DNA of 64,000 nt from assembly GCA_045807565.1 (NCBI GenBank), contig JBJMHD010000112.1, positions 15,212-79,211 on the forward strand, written 5' to 3'. Each line of letters begins with the position of its first letter. Within the stretch, counting starts at the first letter, position 1. A program made the translations under genes and the position numbers. The stretch comes from Acidimicrobiales bacterium (lineage in GTDB: Bacteria; Actinomycetota; Acidimicrobiia; Acidimicrobiales; VFJN01). Positions 10,057-23,494 of this stretch are shown here, piece by piece. The notes under the pieces were generated by a model that was not told where the DNA came from, ran no database searches, and saw nothing but the letters and a program-made list of their open reading frames with translations.

Positions 10057-11324
10057 CGCGAGCGCTCGTACGGGACGCCGTCGGCAGCCGGCGCGACCGC
10101 CCGCCCCACCGCGCCCGCCACGACCACGATGGTGACGACGTAGGGGAGGGCCTGGAGGAACTCGCTCGGCAGCGAGAAGTCGCCGATGGTGACGTCGAGG
10201 AACTGGAGGCGAGCGCCGAGGGCGCGCGTGAAGCCGAACAGGACTGCTCCGAAGAAGGCGGTCCAGGGCCGCCACCGTCCGAAGATCAGGGCGGCGAGGG
10301 CGATGAACCCGGTGCCGTTGGTCATGTTGTCCTCGAAGCCCGCCTGCGACTCGAGCGAGAACCAGGCGCCGGCGAGCCCGGCGATGAGCCCGCCGATGAC
10401 GACGGCCTGGTAGCGCACCTTGATGGGGTCGATGCCGAGGGTCTCGGCGGCATGGGGGTGCTCGCCCACCGAGCGCACCCGCAGCCCGAACGGTGTGTGG
10501 AACAGGATCCAGCTGGTGGCCCCCACGATGATGAACATCGTGAAGAAGATCGGCTTGCCGGTGAACAGCTGGTCGCCCACCAGTGGGATCTGGGAGAGGA
10601 GCGGGAGCCCGATCGTGGGTGTGGGCACGCCGGTGGCGACCCCGGTGTCGATGATCACCTCCGAGCGGAGGAAGCCGGTGATGCCCAGCGCGAGCAGGTT
10701 GATGACGACCCCCGAGATGATCTGGTCGACGCGGAAGCTCACGGTGAGCAGCGCGTGCAGCAGGCCGATGAGCCCTCCGGTGGCCACCGCGACGACCACG
10801 CCGAGCCACAGGGCCCCGCTCTCCTTGCCCTCGCCGATGATGGCGTAGGTCATGAACCCCGTGGCCGCCGCCGCCAGCATCATCCCCTCGATGCCGATGT
10901 TCACCACGCCCGATCGCTCGCACCACAGGCCCGCCATGGCGCCCAGCGCCACCGGTGTCCCGAGGGCGAGCGACTGCACCAGGAGCTGCATCACGTTCGT
11001 CTCGTGGGCGGTGGACAGCGCCAGCGACAGCACCACGACCAGCGGGACCATGAGGACGGTGGCGAGGATCAGGGCGCCGCTCGCCAGCCGCTCCGAACGG
11101 CGCTCGAAGAACGTGGCGATGCACACGAGGACGAAGATCGTGCCGATCGTCGTCACGAGGATCGGCGGATCGATGATCACCTTCACCGGGTCAGGCGGCG
11201 TCTCGAAGGTGAGCCCCTTGTCGGTGGGGTCGAGGTTCGGCGCGACGTAGCCCACGAGCACGAGACCCAGGAGGCCGTAGAGCACGCCGATGGTCTGGCG
11301 ACGGCTCAGGCGGAAGCGCCTCAT
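10053..11324 (-). CDS. ABC transporter permease (BMP/nucleoside-type)
   Basis: ORF as listed. Highly hydrophobic multi-TM protein in an operon with a second permease, a duplicated ATPase and a BMP lipoprotein. Confidence 0.85.
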   Translation of the reverse strand: MRRFRLSRRQTIGVLYGLLGLVLVGYVAPNLDPTDKGLTFETPPDPVKVIIDPPILVTTIGTIFVLVCIATFFERRSERLASGALILATVLMVPLVVVLSLALSTAHETNVMQLLVQSLALGTPVALGAMAGLWCERSGVVNIGIEGMMLAAAATGFMTYAIIGEGKESGALWLGVVVAVATGGLIGLLHALLTVSFRVDQIISGVVINLLALGITGFLRSEVIIDTGVATGVPTPTIGLPLLSQIPLVGDQLFTGKPIFFTMFIIVGATSWILFHTPFGLRVRSVGEHPHAAETLGIDPIKVRYQAVVIGGLIAGLAGAWFSLESQAGFEDNMTNGTGFIALAALIFGRWRPWTAFFGAVLFGFTRALGARLQFLDVTIGDFSLPSEFLQALPYVVTIVVVAGAVGRAVAPAADGVPYERSR

Positions 11325-12459
11325 CCCGACCCCCAGGAGGACGCGACCTGGGTGGTGTCGAGCGTCGTCGCGCTCGTCTTGCGCAGCCGGAAGATGGTCC
11401 GCACGATCACGTCAGCGGCGACGAAGAGCAGCACGAGGGCTTGGATGATCCGCACGACGTTGATGGACAGCCCCGTCTCCTGCTGCATCAGCCCGGCACC
11501 GGAGAGCATCGACCCCCAGAGCAGCGACGTGAGGATGATGCCGAACGGGTTGGCCCGGGCCAGCAGCGCGATCGCGATGGCGTCGAACCCGATGCCGACG
11601 AACACCCCCGGGCTCAGGAACCCGGCGGTCCCCGTGATCTCGCCCGACCCGGCGATGCCGGCGAAGGCGCCTGAGAGGGCCATCACCAGGACGATCGTGC
11701 GGTTCACGCTCATCCCGGCGTAGCGCGCGGCGTCGGCGTTGGTGCCCACCGTCCGCACCTCGAACCCGAAGGTGGTGCGGCGCAAGATGAACCACACCAG
11801 GACGCACAGCCCGACCGCGATCAGGAAGCCGAGGTGCAGCGGCGGGTTCGTGTCGATGAGCACCGGCAGTCGCCCGGAGGCGGGAAGCGACTGGGTGCGG
11901 GGCACCGAGGCGCCCATGTCGCGCAGGATCACCGGGTCCTGCGAGGTGACCATCCAGCGGATGGTGAGCACGGCGATGCTGTTGAGCATGATCGTGGTGA
12001 TCACCTCGTGCGCTCCTGTGCGCGCCTTCAGCACGCCCGGGATGCCGCCCCACAAGCCGCCGCCGATGACCCCGGCCAGCATGATGAGCACGACCGCGAT
12101 GGGTCCGGGGACATCGGCGATCCAGCTGAACGTGCCGACCCACGCCGCCGCCGTCGCCCCGACGAGCAGCTGGCCCTCGGCGCCGATGTTGAACAACCCA
12201 GCACGGAAGGCGAAGGCGACGGCGAGGGCGGCGCCGATGAACGGGGTGGACCGGCCCAAGGACGCGTTGATCCGGTCGACCGTGCCGAACATCCCGTCGA
12301 GGAGCGCGGCGTAGGCCTGCAGCGGTTGCCCGCCCACGAGGAGGATGACGACGGCCGCCACGGCCAGCGCGAGCAGCAGCGCGCACACCGGGACGAGCGC
12401 GGACTGCAGGTTGAGCGTGCGGCGCACCTCGTGGGCGAGCGATGTCCCTTCGTCGGCCA

Positions 12460-12460
<1 letters not shown>
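11321..12460 (-). CDS. ABC transporter permease (BMP/nucleoside-type)
   Basis: ORF 11321..13144 trimmed to ATG 12460 (MADEGTSLAHEV...), residue 229 of the track ORF. The Arg-rich extension looks non-coding. 1-nt TGATG overlap with the ATPase stop. Confidence 0.85.
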
Positions 12461-13995
<1,535 letters not shown>

Positions 13996-14068
13996 GGCCC
14001 TCCTCGTGGATGATCAGCGGGGCGGTGGTGGTGGCCCACCTCCGCCCCGTCCATCAGGCTGTTCCCCC

Positions 14069-15223
14069 CTAGAGCGGCTTGCCGGTGGCCGGGTCGAGCC
14101 CGGTCTTGATCGAGCCGTCGGCCAACCCCTTGCGGGCGTCCTCGACGGCCTTCGCGGCGTCGTCCGGGATGTCGGCATCGTGGAACGGCGCGTAGGTGAT
14201 GCCACCGTTGGCGGCGGTCAGGCCGAAGATGCCGCCCTTGAAGTCGCCCTTGAGCGCATCGAGGATCTTCTCGAACACGCCGAGATCGACGCGCTTCACC
14301 GCCGAGCTCGCCAGGTACTCCGCCCCCGGCGCGTCGCCGCCGTTGAAGGTGCTGAAGTACTCGTCCTGGTCCACGCCGATGCCCCAGAGCTTCTGGGACG
14401 TGGCCTCGACGACGCCGGCGGAGCCGGTCTTCCCACCGGCACCGAAGATCACGTCGGCGCCCTCGCCGATGAACTGCTGGGCGTCGGACGCACCCTTCGC
14501 CGTGTCATCGAAGGACTCGTTGTAGATCTTCAGCACGTTGATGTCGGGGTTGACGGACTTGGCGCCCACCTCGTAGCCGTTCACCAGCTTCACGACCGGC
14601 GGGACGTCCTCGCGGCCGCCGACCACGCCGATGGTGCCGCTCTCGCTCAGCGACGCAGCCAGCACGCCGGCCATGTAGCCGCCCTCGTCCTCGTTGAACA
14701 GCACGCCGATGTAGTTGTCGGGGTACTCGGTCTGGAACTGGTCGATGCCGATGAACTCCGTCTCGGCGTTGGCCTTGGCGGCGGCCAAGGTGTCGGTGGC
14801 GAGCAGGAAGCCGACCGTGATGATCACGTCGGGGTCGTCCTGCAGCGCGGTGTTGATGTTCTTGGCGTAGTCCGCCTCGGAGGCCGTCTCGATGTAGTCG
14901 GTCTCGAAGCCGAAGCAGTCGGAGGCCGCCTGCATGCCCTCGTAGGCGTACTGGTTGAAGGTGCGGTCGTCGATCTTGCCGATGTCGGTGACCAGGCGGA
15001 CCGTGAAGCCGTCGGGGACCTCCACGCCGTCGTCCTTGGCCTGCTGGCAGACGTCCTCGAGCTTCACCTGGGAGTCGTCGCTCGATCCGCTGTCGGAGCC
15101 GGTGGTCTCGGTGGTCGACTCGTCGGTCTTGTCGTCAGAGCTGTCATCGTCGTTGCCGCACGCAGCCGTCAGCAGACCGAGTGCGAGCAGCGCGGATGCG
15201 AAGCGAAGCGATCGCTTGTGCAA
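14069..15223 (-). CDS. BMP family ABC transporter substrate-binding lipoprotein
   Basis: ORF 14069..15358 trimmed to TTG 15223, preceded by GGAGG. LHKRSLRFASALLALGLLTAAC is a signal peptide plus lipobox, followed by an acidic linker and a PBP fold. Confidence 0.85.
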   Translation of the reverse strand: MHKRSLRFASALLALGLLTAACGNDDDSSDDKTDESTTETTGSDSGSSDDSQVKLEDVCQQAKDDGVEVPDGFTVRLVTDIGKIDDRTFNQYAYEGMQAASDCFGFETDYIETASEADYAKNINTALQDDPDVIITVGFLLATDTLAAAKANAETEFIGIDQFQTEYPDNYIGVLFNEDEGGYMAGVLAASLSESGTIGVVGGREDVPPVVKLVNGYEVGAKSVNPDINVLKIYNESFDDTAKGASDAQQFIGEGADVIFGAGGKTGSAGVVEATSQKLWGIGVDQDEYFSTFNGGDAPGAEYLASSAVKRVDLGVFEKILDALKGDFKGGIFGLTAANGGITYAPFHDADIPDDAAKAVEDARKGLADGSIKTGLDPATGKPL

Positions 15224-15338
15224 GGGAGCCTCCGTGGTGGGGGGTCTGGGGTCAGGGCGCACAGTAGCCACCCGTCCGCAGGCGCGGATCGGGTACCGGC
15301 TGGCGGGTCTTGCGGGAGGGGCACCAGACTCACCCGCC

Positions 15339-16898
15339 ATGGCGCGGATCCTGGTCACCGAGAAGATCGCCGACGGCGGGCTCGACCGGCTGCGATCAGC
15401 GGGTCATGACGTCGACCTCCAGCTCGACCTCACCCCCGAGCAGCTGCTCGACGCGGTGCGGGGCGCCCACGCGCTGATCATCCGCTCGGCCACGACCGTC
15501 ACCGCCGAGGTGCTGGCGGCCGGGCAGGACCTCGTGGTGGTGGGCCGCGCCGGCATCGGGCTGGACAACGTCGACACCGAGGCCGCCACCAGCCAGGGCG
15601 TGATGGTGGTGAACGCGCCCCAGTCGAACATCCTCACCACCGCCGAGCACACCATGGCGCTGCTGCTCGCGCAGGCTCGCAACATCCCGCAGGCCCACGC
15701 CGCCCTCACCGCCGGTCGCTGGGAGCGCAGCCGGTGGGAGGGGGTGGAGCTGGCCGACAAGGTGCTCGGCATCGTCGGCCTCGGCCGCATCGGCAAGCTC
15801 GTCGCCCAGCGCGCGTCGGCGTTCGGCATGAAGGTGGTCGCCCACGACCCCTTCGTCGCCCCCGAGCGCGCCCGGCAGGTCAACGTGGAGCTGCTCGGGC
15901 TCGAGGAGCTGGTCCGCGTGTCCGACTTCCTCACCCTGCACGTGGTGAAGACGCCCGAGACGCTGGGCATGGTGAGCAAGGAGCTGCTCGCGCTGGCCAA
16001 GCCCACCCTGCGGATCGTGAACGTGTCGCGGGGCGGCGTGATCGACGAGGACGCTCTCGCCGAGGCGATCCGGGAGGGCCGCGTCGGCGGCGCCGCCATC
16101 GACGTGTTCGCCACCGAGCCCACCACGAGCTCGCCCCTCTTCGAGCTGCCGCAGGTGGTCGTCACCCCGCACCTGGGGGCGAGCACCGCCGAGGCCCAGG
16201 ACAAGGCCGGGGACACCATCGCCGAGCAGGTCGCGCTGGCCCTGGCCGGCGAGTTCGTGCCGTTCGCCGTGAACGTGAGCGCCGCCGAGGCCTCCAGCAC
16301 CGTGCGGCCCTTCCTGCCCCTGGCCGAGCGGCTCGGCCAGCTCTACGCCGGGCTCGCCGCCGGCGTCCCCGACGTCATCGAGATCGGGTACGAGGGCCAG
16401 CTCGCCGACTCGGACACGCGGATCCTCACCCTGTCGGTGCTGAAGGGCCTCTTCGGCCGCGTCAGCGAGGAGCCGGTGAGCTACGTGAACGCACCGCGCC
16501 TGGCGGAGGAGCGCGGCATCGAGGTGCGCGAGTCGTCGAGCTCGACGTCGCGCGACTACGTGAACCTGGTGACCATCCGGGGCGGCGACCACGCGATCGG
16601 CGGCACCCTCGCGGGCCTTCGCTCCGAGCCCCGCCTCGTGATGGTGGACGACCACTCGGTGGACGTGCCGCCCGCCGAGCACATGCTGGTCGTCCGCAAC
16701 GACGACGTGCCCGGGATGATCGCGTCGGTCACGGGCGTGCTCGGCGAGGCCGCGATCAACATCGACGACATGCACCTCGGGCGGTCCGAGGAGGGGCGGG
16801 CCGCGCTGATGGTCCTCGCCACCCGTGGCCACGTCCCCGAGGACGTGCAAGGAGCCATCCGAGCCGTGCCCGGTGTGGTGACGGTGGCCGCGCTGTAG
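15339..16898 (+). CDS. serA: D-3-phosphoglycerate dehydrogenase
   Basis: ATG 15339 within ORF 14955..16898 (MARILVTEKIADGGLDRL...). NAD motif GIVGLGRIGKLVA, and a long C-terminal ASB/ACT region. Confidence 0.92.
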   Translation: MARILVTEKIADGGLDRLRSAGHDVDLQLDLTPEQLLDAVRGAHALIIRSATTVTAEVLAAGQDLVVVGRAGIGLDNVDTEAATSQGVMVVNAPQSNILTTAEHTMALLLAQARNIPQAHAALTAGRWERSRWEGVELADKVLGIVGLGRIGKLVAQRASAFGMKVVAHDPFVAPERARQVNVELLGLEELVRVSDFLTLHVVKTPETLGMVSKELLALAKPTLRIVNVSRGGVIDEDALAEAIREGRVGGAAIDVFATEPTTSSPLFELPQVVVTPHLGASTAEAQDKAGDTIAEQVALALAGEFVPFAVNVSAAEASSTVRPFLPLAERLGQLYAGLAAGVPDVIEIGYEGQLADSDTRILTLSVLKGLFGRVSEEPVSYVNAPRLAEERGIEVRESSSSTSRDYVNLVTIRGGDHAIGGTLAGLRSEPRLVMVDDHSVDVPPAEHMLVVRNDDVPGMIASVTGVLGEAAINIDDMHLGRSEEGRAALMVLATRGHVPEDVQGAIRAVPGVVTVAAL

Positions 16899-16901
16899 AG
16901 G

Positions 16902-17318
16902 TCAGCGCTTCGCAGCCCGGAGGCCGTCGGCCTCCGCCGCGGCGGCGTCGGCATAGCAGCGATCGGGCGTGGTGCGCTCGTAGTTGGCCATGCCCGGCAG
17001 GTGGAAGATCTTCGAGGCCAGCTTCGCCTTCACCCGGTGGGTGGGAGGGCACGCGCCCTCGACCGGCTCGACCCACGCCTCGGCCGAGGGCGTGCCGTTC
17101 GCCGCCGCCGGCCGCGGTGCATCGGGATCGGGCGTCGCTCGGGCGACCGGCGCCGCGGCGACCCCGGGATCCGAGGTCAGGCGCGGCCAGGGCTGGTCGG
17201 GCCGCGAGGTCGACGACGGTCCGTCGGTGGCCTGGCTCCTGAGCAGCTTCGTGAGCACCGCGACGATGCCGTACAGGAGGCCGAGCACGAGCCCGAGGCG
17301 CAGCAGGCGTCGGATCAC
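16902..17318 (-). CDS. small membrane-anchored protein with Pro-rich linker and C-terminal sunset-like motif
   Basis: ORF 16902..17540. The only plausible internal start is GTG 17318 (VIRRLLRLGLVLGLLYGIVAVL = TM helix). The C-terminus KAKLASKIFHLPGMANYERTTPDRCYADAAAAEADGLRAAKR resembles what I recall being annotated as a sunset domain. The N-terminal extension overlaps the leuA leader and looks non-coding. Confidence 0.5.
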   Translation of the reverse strand: MIRRLLRLGLVLGLLYGIVAVLTKLLRSQATDGPSSTSRPDQPWPRLTSDPGVAAAPVARATPDPDAPRPAAANGTPSAEAWVEPVEGACPPTHRVKAKLASKIFHLPGMANYERTTPDRCYADAAAAEADGLRAAKR

Positions 17319-17387
17319 CTCGTCGAAGGTAGTCGACGGCCCTCCTCGCCTTGACGCCCCCCGAAGGCGGCGGGAAGATGGTCGGAC

Positions 17388-17429
17388 ATGACCAGGACCT
17401 TCGCCTCCGACCTCCTCCTGCTTATGTAG
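17388..17429 (+). CDS. leuA leader peptide MTRTFASDLLLLM (four consecutive Leu codons)
   Basis: ATG 17388, CTC CTC CTG CTT at 17412-17423, TAG 17427-17429. Too short for the ORF track. Followed by a hairpin and a terminator. Confidence 0.7.
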   Translation: MTRTFASDLLLLM

Positions 17430-17463
17430 GCGAGCGCCCCCCTCTCGGCGCTCGCCCCGACGA

Positions 17464-17493
17464 CCTCCTGCCGATGGCAGGAGGTTTTTCTTT
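17464..17493 (+). terminator. intrinsic terminator of the leuA attenuator
   Basis: CCTCCTGCC-GAT-GGCAGGAGG followed by TTTTTCTTT, ending 40 nt upstream of the leuA ATG. Preceded by a 10-bp hairpin GGCGAGCGCC (17429-17438) / GGCGCTCGCC (17447-17456). Confidence 0.75.
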
Positions 17494-17500
17494 GCCCTGA

Positions 17501-19243
<1,743 letters not shown>

Positions 19244-19285
19244 GCGTCACCGCCCGTCCGACGGGCTGCCGTTAGGGTCCTCCGG

Positions 19286-19855
19286 GTGATGCGACCCCAC
19301 CGTGCTCTGCGCCTGCTCCTGCTGCCCGCCCTCCTCCTGGCTGTCGGGGCGGGGTGCGGGGACGACGGCGACGACGGCGGTGGTGACGGTGGTGACGGCC
19401 TGAGCGACGAGGAGCAGCACTACGTCGACGACGCCATGAAGGACTTCGACGCCGAGGACGCGGCGCCGCTCACCGAGGACGACGCCACCTGCATCGTCAC
19501 GTCGATGGTCCGGTCGGTGGGGGTCGACGGCCTCGAGGACGCTGGCATCACCCCCGAGTCGTTCTCGGAGGCCGAGGGGTTCCCCGACGGGCTCACCGAG
19601 GACCAGGCGACCCAGGTCGTGGGCTCGATCAACGGCTGCGTCGACCTGCGCGACCTCTTCCTGGAGAGCATCACGCAGGACTCGTCCCTCCCCAAGGACA
19701 CCCAGGACTGCCTGGCCAAGCAGTTCGACGACGACTTCGTCCGGCGCCTCATGATCGTCACCCTCAGCAAGGGCGAGGAGGGGCTGAGCAGCGACTCCGA
19801 CCTCACCGCCGAGCTGATGGCGATCTTCCAGGAGTGCCCGGGCGCGCTCGGCTGA
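19286..19855 (+). CDS. hypothetical lipoprotein
   Basis: ORF as listed (GTG 19286 or ATG 19289). Signal peptide with lipobox LAVGAGC, then an acidic DDGDDGGGDGGDG linker. Confidence 0.6.
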   Translation: MMRPHRALRLLLLPALLLAVGAGCGDDGDDGGGDGGDGLSDEEQHYVDDAMKDFDAEDAAPLTEDDATCIVTSMVRSVGVDGLEDAGITPESFSEAEGFPDGLTEDQATQVVGSINGCVDLRDLFLESITQDSSLPKDTQDCLAKQFDDDFVRRLMIVTLSKGEEGLSSDSDLTAELMAIFQECPGALG

Positions 19856-19870
19856 CCGAGGCGTGCCTCG

Positions 19871-21346
19871 ATGACGACGCGCGGGCGTGCGCTCGCGGGG
19901 GCGGCGGTGGTCGCGGGCATCGTGGTCACCCTGCTCCTGTGGCGACCGTGGTCGGACGACGACGACGGCGACGACGCGGCGCCGACGACCACCAGCAGCA
20001 CCACCGGCGCACCCACCACGGGCGAGCCGGTGGTGGGCGAGCCGGGCGTCCCCGGCGTGGGGGATCCCTACTTCCCGGGCCTCGGCAACGGGGGCTTCGA
20101 CGTCGACCACTACACCCTCGACCTCACGTGGCTCGCCGACCAGGGTGAGCTGGAGGGGGTGGTCACGATCGACGCGACCGCCACCCAGGACCTGAGCCGG
20201 TTCAACCTGGACCTGGCCGGCCTCGACGTGCGGGCGGTCACGGTGGCCGGCGAGGAGGCGACGGCCAGCCACAAGGGTCGTGAGCTCACCATCGACCCCG
20301 CCACCGACCTCGCCGATGGTGCGGACTTCACGACCGTCGTCACCTACAGCGGGACCCCGGTTCCGATCCAGGAGGGAACCGAGATCTTCGACCTCGGGTG
20401 GCACACCGACGGCCGTGAGGCGTTCGTGGTGTCCGAGCCCTCCGGCGCGCAGACGTTCTTCCCGGTGAGCGACCACCCCACCGACAAGGCGACGTACACG
20501 ATCCGCGTCACCGCCCCGGAGGACCAGACGGTGGCGGCCAACGGGCTGCTGGTGGAGCAGGCCGACACCGGCCACGGCACCAGATCGTGGACCTACGAGG
20601 AAGAGGAGCCGATGGCGAGCTACCTCGTGCAGGTCGCCATCGGTGACTACGAGCTGGTCGACGCCGGGACCGTCGGTGACGTGACCCTGCGCCACGCCTT
20701 CCACCGCAAGGCACCGGAGCGAGCGAGGGACGCCGTGAAGGGGACGGCCGACATGATCACGCTCCTCGACGACGTGTACGGGCCCTTCCCGTTCGATGCG
20801 TACGGCGTCCTCGTGGTCGACGAGGCGCTCGGGTTCGCCCTCGAGACGCAGAGCCTCACGATCATCGGCACCGACATCGCCTCGGAGGGCGCGGGCGCCG
20901 ACCAGATCCTGCTGCACGAGCTCGCGCACCAGTGGGTGGGCGACGCCGTGAGCCCGGCCACGTGGAAGGACGTGTGGCTGAACGAGGGGTTCGCGACCTA
21001 TGCGGAGTGGCTTTGGCTCGAGCGCACGGGGCAGGGGTCGGCGGCGCACGAGGCGCGTCGGCTCTCGGGGACCTCCGGGCTCGACCGGCCGCCCGGCGAC
21101 CCGGGCCCGCAGGAGCTGTTCTCGAACACGGTCTACGTGCGCGGGGGCATGGCGCTGCAGGCGCTGCGCGAGGAGGTGGGCGACGACGCCTTCTTCGAGA
21201 TCCTGCATCGGTGGGTCGAGGAGCATCGCGGCACCACCGCGTCCACCAAGGACTTCATCGGTCTCGCCGAGGAGGTCAGCGGCGACGACCTGGGTGCGCT
21301 CTTCCAGCGCTGGCTCTACGACGAGGGCCTGCCCTCGCTCGACTGA
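19871..21346 (+). CDS. M1 family metallopeptidase (aminopeptidase N-like)
   Basis: HELAHQWVGD...WLNEGFATYAEW is HExxH-X18-E. N-terminal TM or signal segment. Confidence 0.85.
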   Translation: MTTRGRALAGAAVVAGIVVTLLLWRPWSDDDDGDDAAPTTTSSTTGAPTTGEPVVGEPGVPGVGDPYFPGLGNGGFDVDHYTLDLTWLADQGELEGVVTIDATATQDLSRFNLDLAGLDVRAVTVAGEEATASHKGRELTIDPATDLADGADFTTVVTYSGTPVPIQEGTEIFDLGWHTDGREAFVVSEPSGAQTFFPVSDHPTDKATYTIRVTAPEDQTVAANGLLVEQADTGHGTRSWTYEEEEPMASYLVQVAIGDYELVDAGTVGDVTLRHAFHRKAPERARDAVKGTADMITLLDDVYGPFPFDAYGVLVVDEALGFALETQSLTIIGTDIASEGAGADQILLHELAHQWVGDAVSPATWKDVWLNEGFATYAEWLWLERTGQGSAAHEARRLSGTSGLDRPPGDPGPQELFSNTVYVRGGMALQALREEVGDDAFFEILHRWVEEHRGTTASTKDFIGLAEEVSGDDLGALFQRWLYDEGLPSLD

Positions 21347-21349
21347 CGA

Positions 21350-21937
21350 TCAACCGGTGAGGTAGCGCGGGCGGGTCGCCTCGAAGCTCGTGATGTCGCC
21401 CTCGCTCCGCAGGGTGATGCCGATGTCGTCGAGGCCCTCGAGGAAGCGCTCCCGCACCGCGTCCTCCAACGGGAAGCCCACCTCCAGACCGATGGCAGCC
21501 GCAGAGAGCGTGCGCCGGTCGACGTCCACCACCAGCTCCAAGGTGGGGTCCGCCTCGACGGCCCGGAGCAGCTCGGCCCCCACCTCGGCCGGCACCACGA
21601 CCGGGACGAGGCCGTTCTTCGTGCAGTTGTTCCGGAAGATGTCGGCGAAGCGCGGGCTGATCACGGCCTGGAACCCGTAGTCCATGATCGCCCACACCGC
21701 GTGCTCCCGGCTCGAGCCGGTGCCGAAGTTGGGCCCGCCGATGAGGATGTTCGCCCCGGCGAAGCGCTCGTCGTTGAGGACGAAGCTCCGGTCGTCGCGC
21801 CACGAGGAGAAGAGGCCCTGGCCGAACCCGGTGCGCTCGACGCGCTTCAGCCACTCGGCCGGGATGATCTGGTCGGTGTCGACGTCGGACCGGTCGAGCG
21901 GCATCGCGGTGCCCTGCACGATCTGGACGGGGTTCAT
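21350..21937 (-). CDS. leuD: 3-isopropylmalate dehydratase small subunit
   Basis: ORF as listed. PLDRSDVDTDQIIPAEWLKRVERTGFG. Confidence 0.93.
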   Translation of the reverse strand: MNPVQIVQGTAMPLDRSDVDTDQIIPAEWLKRVERTGFGQGLFSSWRDDRSFVLNDERFAGANILIGGPNFGTGSSREHAVWAIMDYGFQAVISPRFADIFRNNCTKNGLVPVVVPAEVGAELLRAVEADPTLELVVDVDRRTLSAAAIGLEVGFPLEDAVRERFLEGLDDIGITLRSEGDITSFEATRPRYLTG

Positions 21938-22037
21938 GACGTGGTCCTTTCGACGGGCCGGAGGCGATCCGGCTTCGCCGGTCGCCGGTAGGCACCTGCG
22001 GAGGGTGCTTGGAGCGAAGCGACGCCCGGAGCAGGCA

Positions 22038-23444
22038 TCAGCGCAGGTCGGTGGGCAGCGCGAAGTGCCCGGCGATGGCGGTGGCGGCGGCGACGGCGGG
22101 GGACACGAGGTGGGTGCGGCCGCCGCGGCCCTGTCGACCTTCGAAGTTCCGGTTGCTGGTCGACGCCGCCCGCTCGCCGGGCGCCAGCTTGTCCGGGTTC
22201 ATGGCGAGGCACATCGAGCACCCCGGCTCCCGCCAGTCGAACCCGGCGGACGTGAACACCCGGTCGAGCCCTTCGGCCTCGGCCTGCTGCTTCACGGCGA
22301 ACGAACCGGGTACCACGAGGGTGCGCACGCCCTCCTTCACCGTGCGGCCGTCGGCGACCGCGGCGGCCGCACGGAGGTCCTCGATGCGCGAGTTCGTGCA
22401 GCTGCCGATGAACACGGTGTCGACGGCCACGTCGCGCACCGGCGTGCCGGCCGTGAGCCCCATGTACTCGAGGGCGCGGGCGGCGCTGTCGCGCTCGTGC
22501 GGGTCGGCGAAGTCGTCGGGGGAGGGGATGGAGGCGTCGAGCGGCACGACCTGCGCCGGGTTGGTGCCCCACGAGACGTGCGGGAGGATCCCGGCGGCGT
22601 CGAGGCGCACCTCCTTGTCGAAGGCGGCGCCCTCGTCGGTGGGAAGCGTGCGCCAGTCGTCGAGCGCCGCCTCCCACGCCGCCCCTGTCGGCGCGTGCGC
22701 CCTGCCCTCGAGGTAGGCGTAGGTGACGTCGTCGGGCGCGATGAGCCCGGCCTTGGCGCCCGCTTCGATGGACATGTTGCAGATCGTCATGCGGCCCTCC
22801 ATCGAGAGCCCGGCGATGGTGTCGCCGCGGTACTCGATCACGGAGCCGATGCCTCCACCGGTGCCGATGCGGCCGATGATGGCGAGGATCACGTCCTTGG
22901 CGGTGGCCCCCGCCGGCAGCTCCCCCGTGACGGTGACCGCCATCGTGCCGGGGCGCTGCTGTGGCAGCGTCTGGGTGGCGAGGACGTGCTCGACCTCGCT
23001 GGTGCCGATGCCGAACGCCAGCGCGCCGAAGGCGCCATGGGTGGACGTGTGGCTGTCGCCGCAGACGATCGTCATGCCCGGGAGGGTGCGCCCCTGCTCG
23101 GGACCGATCACGTGCACGATGCCCTGGTGCGGGTCGCCCATGCCGTAGTGGGTGATCCCGAACTCGGCGGTGTTGGCGGCGAGCACCTCGAGCTGCTTCG
23201 CGGAGATCGGGTCGGCCACCGGCTTGTCGATGTCCTCGGTCGGCACGTTGTGGTCGGCGGTGGCGATGGTGAGGTCGGGCCGGCGGACGGAACGGCCGGC
23301 CAGGCGGATCCCGTCGAACGCCTGCGGGCTCGTGACCTCGTGGACGAGGTGGAGGTCGATGTAGAGGAGGTCGGGTTCGCCCGGCGCGCTGCGCACGACG
23401 TGGCGGTCCCACACCTTCTCGGAGAGCGTCTTGGCTGCGGTCAT
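22038..23444 (-). CDS. leuC: 3-isopropylmalate dehydratase large subunit
   Basis: ORF as listed. Aconitase-family motifs [14 protein letters not shown] and [14 protein letters not shown] 100-nt spacer separates it from leuD. Confidence 0.95.
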   Translation of the reverse strand: MTAAKTLSEKVWDRHVVRSAPGEPDLLYIDLHLVHEVTSPQAFDGIRLAGRSVRRPDLTIATADHNVPTEDIDKPVADPISAKQLEVLAANTAEFGITHYGMGDPHQGIVHVIGPEQGRTLPGMTIVCGDSHTSTHGAFGALAFGIGTSEVEHVLATQTLPQQRPGTMAVTVTGELPAGATAKDVILAIIGRIGTGGGIGSVIEYRGDTIAGLSMEGRMTICNMSIEAGAKAGLIAPDDVTYAYLEGRAHAPTGAAWEAALDDWRTLPTDEGAAFDKEVRLDAAGILPHVSWGTNPAQVVPLDASIPSPDDFADPHERDSAARALEYMGLTAGTPVRDVAVDTVFIGSCTNSRIEDLRAAAAVADGRTVKEGVRTLVVPGSFAVKQQAEAEGLDRVFTSAGFDWREPGCSMCLAMNPDKLAPGERAASTSNRNFEGRQGRGGRTHLVSPAVAAATAIAGHFALPTDLR

Positions 23445-23472
23445 CGTGACGATCCTCTTGACTGTCTCACAT

Positions 23473-23492
23473 TTCGAGATGATGATCTCGAA
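23473..23492. promoter_or_regulatory. candidate operator palindrome TTCGAGAT-GATG-ATCTCGAA
   Basis: Perfect 8-bp inverted repeat with a 4-nt spacer. It is the only AT-rich patch in the 50-nt leuC/IclR divergent gap, and ends 2 nt before the IclR GTG. Confidence 0.45.
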
Positions 23493-23494
23493 CC

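Noticed and set aside
15224-15338. The divergent BMP-transporter / serA spacer and the serC / aminotransferase spacer (5072-5193), examined for riboswitches or leader peptides.
   Set aside because: No short ORF enriched in a specific codon, no terminator-like hairpin with a U-tract, and no recognisable riboswitch core. Only a GCGATCG direct repeat near 5095-5120, which is unremarkable.
19340-20010. GAC/GGC-rich low-complexity runs (19360-19400, 19955-19985) and other short repeats, considered as a CRISPR array or tandem repeats.
   Set aside because: They are in-frame acidic or Gly linkers of secreted proteins. There is no repeat-spacer periodicity anywhere in the window.
21938-22037. Unusual 100-nt spacer between leuC and leuD, which are usually overlapping or adjacent. 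Checked for a missed small gene or leader.
   Set aside because: No ORF with a start and SD is present. The RNA can form an imperfect extended hairpin (CCGGCGA...CCGGC-GAA-GCCGG...UCGCC), but it matches no motif I know. Both gene ends agree with family termini, so it is probably just a structured intercistronic region.
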